Below are positions 58,977 through 64,000 of a stretch of DNA of 64,000 nucleotides, one piece after another. Below the pieces are notes generated by a model that worked only from the letters and a program-made list of their open reading frames with translations, searched no databases and was not told the DNA's origin. Within the stretch, counting starts at the first letter, position 1; every line of letters starts with the position of its first letter. Where the stretch lies: positions 32,001 through 96,000 of the forward strand of contig JBIPSI010000002.1 in assembly GCA_044070495.1 (NCBI GenBank), written 5' to 3'. This DNA comes from Spirulina sp. Lineage in GTDB: Bacteria > Cyanobacteriota > Cyanobacteriia > Phormidesmidales > Phormidesmidaceae. A program made the position numbers and the translations under genes.

Positions 58977-59564
58977 CTAAAAGCGATTGACGGTGATAGT
59001 GAAATCAGGCAGTACAGCCTCCCCAGAAAGTTCCGTCGGCAGCGTTTGGATGTCCACAGAGCCATCAGACCGGTAGACTTCCACCTGTTGATCGACAGGA
59101 TTAACTAGCCAACCCAGTCGAACCCCATTATCTATGTATTCTCGCATTTTGCTCTGTAACCGATCTAAACGATCTGTTCTAGATCGTAGCTCCATCACAA
59201 AGTCGGGGGCGATGGGTGGGAATTTCTGTTGCTGTTCGGGGGTGAGCGATTGCCAGCGATCCAGCGTAACCCAGGCGGCATCGGGTGAACGCTTACTACC
59301 CAGGGGAAGCTGGAAAATCGTAGATGAGCTAAACACTTTTCCTAGCCGAGTTTGCCGATTCCACAGCACTAAGTCTGCCCCCAACTCAATCTCTTGGCTA
59401 CCGCTCTCACCACCCACAGGAGGCATGACAATCAGGGCTCCCTCTATCGTTTGCTCAAGGGCCAAGTCTGGATTATCCAAACACAGTTGGTAAAACTGAT
59501 CATCATTTAAATGGAGCGACTGAAAATTCAGTTCTATTGGAGAATCTAGCGTCGGCATGGCCAT
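58977..59564 (-). CDS. Uma2/DUF820 endonuclease-fold protein, antisense within the ABC operon
   Basis: MPPVGGESG, RSPDAAWV, PDFVMELRS, KMREYIDNGVRLGWLVNP. Confidence 0.9.
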   Translation of the reverse strand: MAMPTLDSPIELNFQSLHLNDDQFYQLCLDNPDLALEQTIEGALIVMPPVGGESGSQEIELGADLVLWNRQTRLGKVFSSSTIFQLPLGSKRSPDAAWVTLDRWQSLTPEQQQKFPPIAPDFVMELRSRTDRLDRLQSKMREYIDNGVRLGWLVNPVDQQVEVYRSDGSVDIQTLPTELSGEAVLPDFTITVNRF

Positions 59565-59623
59565 GTTTCCCAGGGCTAGTTCTCCCATCATATCCTAGTC
59601 ATCTCTTGCATCGAGGCGATCCG

Positions 59624-60433
59624 ATGAAAAAGCATCCCCTATCGTTCTACGTTCTCCTGGTTTTCTTCTGCCTGTTTGTGCTGTTTCTCTACGGCCCCAT
59701 GATTACGATTTTTATCCTATCCCTGCAAGGGCCGGACGGAACCTTGACCTTCCCGGTGAGGAGTTTTGGCTTTTATTGGCTGGGCCAGGTGTTCCAGGAA
59801 CAGCGGGTAGGAAATTTTGTGGAGCCCTTCTTCCGGTCGCTGATTTTGGCCCTTGCGGTGATGGCCGTTACCATCGTCTGCTCGGTGCTGGCTAGCATGG
59901 GTTTTCGGCAGCGGTTTAAAGGATCAACGGTAATTTTTTACCTAACGGTGGCCAGTTTAATTGTGCCGAGTATTTTGATTTCCCTCGGCATTGGGGTGGC
60001 CTTTCAGGTGTTGGGCTGGCAGACTAATTGGTTTTCCTCTGGCCTAGGGGCACATTTAACTTGGACGCTGCCCGTAGCCTTTTTAATCATGCTGGGGATC
60101 TTTAACCGCTTTAACCCCGCCTACGAAGAAGCCGCCCGTGACCTCGGAGCCACCGATCCCAAGACTTTTTGGGAAATTGTGCTGCCCTTAATTGCCCCTA
60201 GTTTGCTGGGGGTAGGCCTACTCACCTTCACCCTGTCCTACGACGAATTTACTCGCACCTCCCTGGTTTCCGGCCAGCGCAATACCCTACCCCTAGAAAT
60301 TTTTGGCATGACCACCAACGTCACCTCCCCAGCCCTCTATGCCCTAGGGACGCTGACCACGCTGTTTTCTGCCTCGCTGATTTTGGTGGCCTATTTTGCC
60401 TATCGCGCCATCGTCCAACGCCAGCGCACCTAA
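59624..60433 (+). CDS. ABC permease (PotC-like)
   Basis: FLYGPM, EEAARDLGA, LSYDEF, TLPLEI. Confidence 0.9.
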   Translation: MKKHPLSFYVLLVFFCLFVLFLYGPMITIFILSLQGPDGTLTFPVRSFGFYWLGQVFQEQRVGNFVEPFFRSLILALAVMAVTIVCSVLASMGFRQRFKGSTVIFYLTVASLIVPSILISLGIGVAFQVLGWQTNWFSSGLGAHLTWTLPVAFLIMLGIFNRFNPAYEEAARDLGATDPKTFWEIVLPLIAPSLLGVGLLTFTLSYDEFTRTSLVSGQRNTLPLEIFGMTTNVTSPALYALGTLTTLFSASLILVAYFAYRAIVQRQRT

Positions 60434-60445
60434 GTCCCGGGCTGA

Positions 60446-60531
60446 TTAAAGTAGATTGCGATGGCCTCTGTTCCACCGATTAATGGGGATACAGCGTGAA
60501 GCTTGGATGGATAGGTACTGGAGGAATCCAG
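60446..60531 (+). repeat. Degenerate second copy of the element core at 53425-53515
   Basis: Shares GGGGATACAGCGTGAA exactly and has colinear flanks (ATTGCGAT...; ...AGG.ACTGG.GG.ATC.AG). Confidence 0.55.
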
Positions 60532-60627
60532 TCGAATTGATTATTACACCCGTCCTGGGAGCAACCTGGCCTTCGGCTGCTCCAACTTACGGCGTACAAT
60601 ATTAAGCAATATTTCAATAGTTGTGCC

Positions 60628-61455
60628 GTGACCGATACCCTCACCCGCCCCCGACAGATCGAGACTCGCGCCTTACCCCTCAAGACGCTTTGGGCCGATA
60701 CCCTTACCATCTTCTGGGGGGACTGGCTCGATCTGCGGGTGCGGATTCCCCAGGTGGCTTCGTCGGGGTTGGTGTCGCCGCTGATCTATATCTTGGCCTT
60801 TGGGCTGGGGTTGGGGGGAGCTATTGACCAAGTCACTACGCCGCCCGCAGGCGATACCTACCTGGAATTTATTTTGCCGGGGATGGTGGCTCTCTCTTCG
60901 ATGGTGATTAGTTTCGGTGGCACGACGTTTTCGATTTGTGGGGATCGCCTTTTCACCAAAACCTTCGAGGAAATGCTGCTCTATCCCGTCCATCCCCTAG
61001 CGCTGCACCTGGGTAAAATGCTGGCGGGCATTGTGCGCGGTTTGATGACGGCGGGGTCAGTCATCCTTGTGGCGGTGTTGTTTACCGGACGGTTTTGGAG
61101 CTTTATCAACCCCCTGTTTTTGTTGCTGGTGGTGCTCAACTGCGCGGTGTTTGCGGGACTGGGGGTGATTGTGGGCTTGAATGTAAAGTCCTTGGAGAGT
61201 GTGGGACTGTTCAATAATTTTTTGATTGTTCCCATGTCGTTCTTAGGGGGCACCTTCTTCGACCCAGCCATGTTGCCCCCTGCCCTCAAAGTGATTGTTT
61301 ACCTCCTTCCCCTCACCTACACCACCATTGGGTTGCGGGCTGCCGCCTACCTGCCGCTGGCGGAGTTTCCCTGGTATTCCATTCCCGTTCTAATTGCGGT
61401 AGCTGCGGTGCTTGCCTTTGTTGGTGCCCAACAGTTCTCTAGCCAGCAGGATTAG
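60628..61455 (+). CDS. ABC-2 type exporter permease
   Basis: YLEFILPGMVAL, PMSFLGGTFF, LPLTY. Confidence 0.88.
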   Translation: MTDTLTRPRQIETRALPLKTLWADTLTIFWGDWLDLRVRIPQVASSGLVSPLIYILAFGLGLGGAIDQVTTPPAGDTYLEFILPGMVALSSMVISFGGTTFSICGDRLFTKTFEEMLLYPVHPLALHLGKMLAGIVRGLMTAGSVILVAVLFTGRFWSFINPLFLLLVVLNCAVFAGLGVIVGLNVKSLESVGLFNNFLIVPMSFLGGTFFDPAMLPPALKVIVYLLPLTYTTIGLRAAAYLPLAEFPWYSIPVLIAVAAVLAFVGAQQFSSQQD

Positions 61456-61785
61456 CCTGGTTACAGCGTCTTCCGGTGTAAGCCTACGGTTAGAGCGCGG
61501 TCTCATCAGGTCATATCCATGGGTCAACATTGCCTCAGGCTATGGGTATAGGAGACGGGCTGAGAACGATGCTGTGTCCAGCGGCGAGAAGCCCAACCCT
61601 AACCCTAACCGTTAGCGCATCGGCAATCTCCCCCAATTCGTGGTTTTGACTCGCTTGGGCAACCAATTCCCTAGTTTTTACGGTTTTACAATTTGTAGAC
61701 TGATTCAAAAATCCTAATAGATCCCCAGGAGATCCGTGGATGGTGAGCCTGTTTTCGTCAAGTTACATCTGATGAGCATGGAAAC

Positions 61786-61813
61786 AGCCCATACTTGAGG
61801 TGGGCTCTTTTTT
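61786..61813 (+). terminator. Intrinsic terminator-like hairpin upstream of the GGDEF/EAL gene
   Basis: AGCCCA-TACTTGAGG-TGGGCT followed by CTTTTTT. Confidence 0.6.
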
Positions 61814-61956
61814 GTTCCCGTTCTTATATTGGGCACACTAAGACGTAGTTGCTCAGCCAAGAAATGGCTCCCTTCAAGTTTGATTGAGGGATCCGGTGGC
61901 CAGCCCCAGCCGCCGATCCACCGTTGCCATGGTTGGCCTCATCTACAAAGGATCCT

Positions 61957-63705
61957 ATGACCATGACCGATCTTGCTGACCATCGGATACCGCCCCTCGC
62001 GATACCTCAGTCCTTCCCAGGGCTTGGGATCCTCAATCACCTACCCGACGCCATTGTGGTGGTGGGCCATCAGGGTCAACTGCTGTTCTGTAATCACCAA
62101 GCCCAGGTGTTGCTATCGGGATATCTCGCTAGTCTCTGGGCCATGGATGGCGATGATCATGTCCGGGTGCTGGATCGTTACCACTGCCCCCTTGAGCAGA
62201 GTCAGCTACCCCTGCGGCGGATTGTGGCAGGGGAAACCCTAGAAAACGAAGAACTCATCCTGGTGCGGCGAGGGGCCGATCATCTGCTGTGGGTAGCGGT
62301 GAGTGGTGGCCCAGTGACGACCTACGGGACGGCGGCAGGCATCCTCTCGGTACGCAATATTTCAGGCAGGAAACAGCGAGAAGTCCAACTTCAGCGGCAG
62401 GCCTACCAAGATGCCCTAACGCAGTTGCCCAATCGGTCGGCCTTGATAGATCGAGTGAATAACCTCTTGGCCCAGGGGCGATCCCCAAATTCGATGGCAC
62501 TCCTCTTTATCGATCTAGATCGGTTTAAGGATGTCAACGATAACCTAGGGCACCAGGTGGGGAACCAATTGCTCACTGAGTTGGGCCAGCGTCTAAGGCG
62601 ATCTCTGCCAGCCCAGACTATGGCAGCCCGCATTGGGGGCGATGAGTTTGCGGCTTTGGTGGAACAGGGGGCCGTAGCAGATGCCATCGCTCTGGCCGAA
62701 AGTCTCCGACAGGCCATCATTCAACCCTTTCACTTGGCTAACCACGATATTTACGTGGACGCCAGCATTGGCATTGCCCCCGGCCCCGGAGACTACCGCC
62801 ACGCCGAGGACTGGCTGCGCGATGCCGATGCCGCCATGTATCAAGTCAAGGATCAACCCGATGGTCACTGGTGTATTTTCGATGGCTCATTACAGGCACA
62901 GCACAGCCATCGCATCCAGGTGGAAACCGCCCTGCGTCAAGCCCTAGAACGGGGAGAACTACGGCTGCACTACCAGCCCATTGTCACCATCAGCAACCAG
63001 GCCATCATCGGCTTTGAAGCCCTGGTTCGCTGGGAACACCCTGAGCGGGGGCTGCTGATGCCAGGGGAATTTATCGCCATGGCGGAGGCAAGCGGGTTGA
63101 TTATTCCCCTCAGTTGGTGGGTTTTAGAAGAAGCCTGCCAACAAATGCAAGCCTGGACTGAAGCCTATCCCGGCACCGCCCACTTCACCGTCAGCGTGAA
63201 CATGTCCAGCAAACAGTTTTTCCAGAAAAACCTGGTGGCCAAGGTTCAGGAAATCTTGACCAAAACGGGTTTCGATCCCCATCGCCTCAAGCTCGAAATC
63301 ACCGAGGGCGTGCTGATTGACCATTCCGAATCCATCATCGCCACCCTAGAAGAACTACGCGCCCTCGGCATTCGCCTAGCCGTCGATGACTTTGGTACCG
63401 GCTACTCCTCCCTCAGCTACCTGCACCGCTTCCCCTTCGATTGCCTTAAAATTGACCGATCTTTTATTGAAAACGCCGATCAAGATTTCGAGAAACTAGA
63501 AATCCTTCAATCCGTCGTTCGCCTTGCCTGGAACCTCGGCCTTGATGTGGTGGCCGAAGGCGTAGAAACCCACCGCCACTATGCCCAACTCAAGGCCCTA
63601 CGCTGCGAATCGGGGCAAGGATACCTGTTTTCTAGGCCCCTCCCCGCCGCCGCCGCCGAGGAAATGATTCAAGCGGAACTGAACAACCCCCACGAGGCCG
63701 ACTAG
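61957..63705 (+). CDS. PAS-GGDEF-EAL c-di-GMP turnover protein
   Basis: PAS (LPDAIVVV...NHQA), DALTQLPNR, IGGDEF, FEALVRW, DDFGTGYSSL, AEGVET. Confidence 0.92.
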   Translation: MTMTDLADHRIPPLAIPQSFPGLGILNHLPDAIVVVGHQGQLLFCNHQAQVLLSGYLASLWAMDGDDHVRVLDRYHCPLEQSQLPLRRIVAGETLENEELILVRRGADHLLWVAVSGGPVTTYGTAAGILSVRNISGRKQREVQLQRQAYQDALTQLPNRSALIDRVNNLLAQGRSPNSMALLFIDLDRFKDVNDNLGHQVGNQLLTELGQRLRRSLPAQTMAARIGGDEFAALVEQGAVADAIALAESLRQAIIQPFHLANHDIYVDASIGIAPGPGDYRHAEDWLRDADAAMYQVKDQPDGHWCIFDGSLQAQHSHRIQVETALRQALERGELRLHYQPIVTISNQAIIGFEALVRWEHPERGLLMPGEFIAMAEASGLIIPLSWWVLEEACQQMQAWTEAYPGTAHFTVSVNMSSKQFFQKNLVAKVQEILTKTGFDPHRLKLEITEGVLIDHSESIIATLEELRALGIRLAVDDFGTGYSSLSYLHRFPFDCLKIDRSFIENADQDFEKLEILQSVVRLAWNLGLDVVAEGVETHRHYAQLKALRCESGQGYLFSRPLPAAAAEEMIQAELNNPHEAD

Positions 63706-63747
63706 GCCGTTAGTCCGCAACAAGGGTTAGGTTGGGATCCATCCAGC

Positions 63748-64000
63748 CTAGGACACCTCCCCAGGGTCAACACCCAATTGCCGGAGTCGTTCGGCAAGTT
63801 GTTCGGCCCGTTGGCGTTCTTGCTCGGCCCGTTGGCGTTCTTGCTCAGCCCGTTGGCGTTCCTGAGATACTTGCTCACTGCCCCACAGCAGCAGATGGCC
63901 ATTGGCATCCCACCAGCGCAGCCAGGTTGCGGTCATTTCCGCTTTTTTCCCAGACCAGAGGCCCAGAAAAAGGTTGAGTTCGGCAATCCAGTAGCGGCCT
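63748..64000 (-). CDS. Uma2-family protein, C-terminal part (runs off the window)
   Basis: GRYWIAELNLFLGLW...WLRWWD...(AE)QERQR x3...LAERLRQLGVDP; 21-nt tandem repeat at 63802-63864. Confidence 0.8.
   Translation of the reverse strand, partial: GRYWIAELNLFLGLWSGKKAEMTATWLRWWDANGHLLLWGSEQVSQERQRAEQERQRAEQERQRAEQLAERLRQLGVDPGEVS

Noticed and set aside
61592..61610. Telomere-like (CCCTAA)n run, also near 2558 and 50131
   Set aside because: Only 2-3 units; compatible with chance in a CCCTA/TAGGG-rich sequence.
63900..64000. Possible frameshift in the terminal Uma2 gene at the T6 run
   Set aside because: The frame reads through as LWSGKKAEMTATW; the short ORF call is only due to the window edge.

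Overview
A chromosomal window from a cyanobacterium (bicA, nhaS1/nhaS3, ftsH3, cyanobacterial-type mrp genes, Uma2 genes, NtcA and NdhR/CcmR-like boxes; a Leptolyngbya/Nodosilinea-like filament is an inference). It is mostly housekeeping (scpA, glsA, ftsW, gor, lptC, metG, argS, ftsH3, comM). I saw no rRNA, tRNA or CRISPR array. Main candidate for an undescribed system: two paralogous GLIC/ELIC-like pentameric ligand-gated ion channel (pLGIC) genes interleaved in a co-oriented bicA-pLGIC-nhaS3-pLGIC-mrpC-D-D-E-F cluster (13615-23365). The cluster starts behind an NdhR/CcmR-like box, and the two channels have almost identical pore-lining M2 helices, so they could form a heteropentamer tied to Na+/bicarbonate/pH homeostasis. 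Second candidate: a compact ATPase-TPR-darT-darG cassette (26682-31426), i.e. DarTG directly behind a possible sensor module. Other points: a CLC protein with Gln at the gating-Glu position; an NtcA-type promoter on a Pot-like ABC operon interrupted by an antisense Uma2 gene; a UbiA-HAD-SMR trio next to IS/MITE debris; several REP/REPIN/MITE families; and apparent absence of HIP1/CGATCG with many CCTAGG sites. All calls come from reading motifs by eye; no searches or counts were run.
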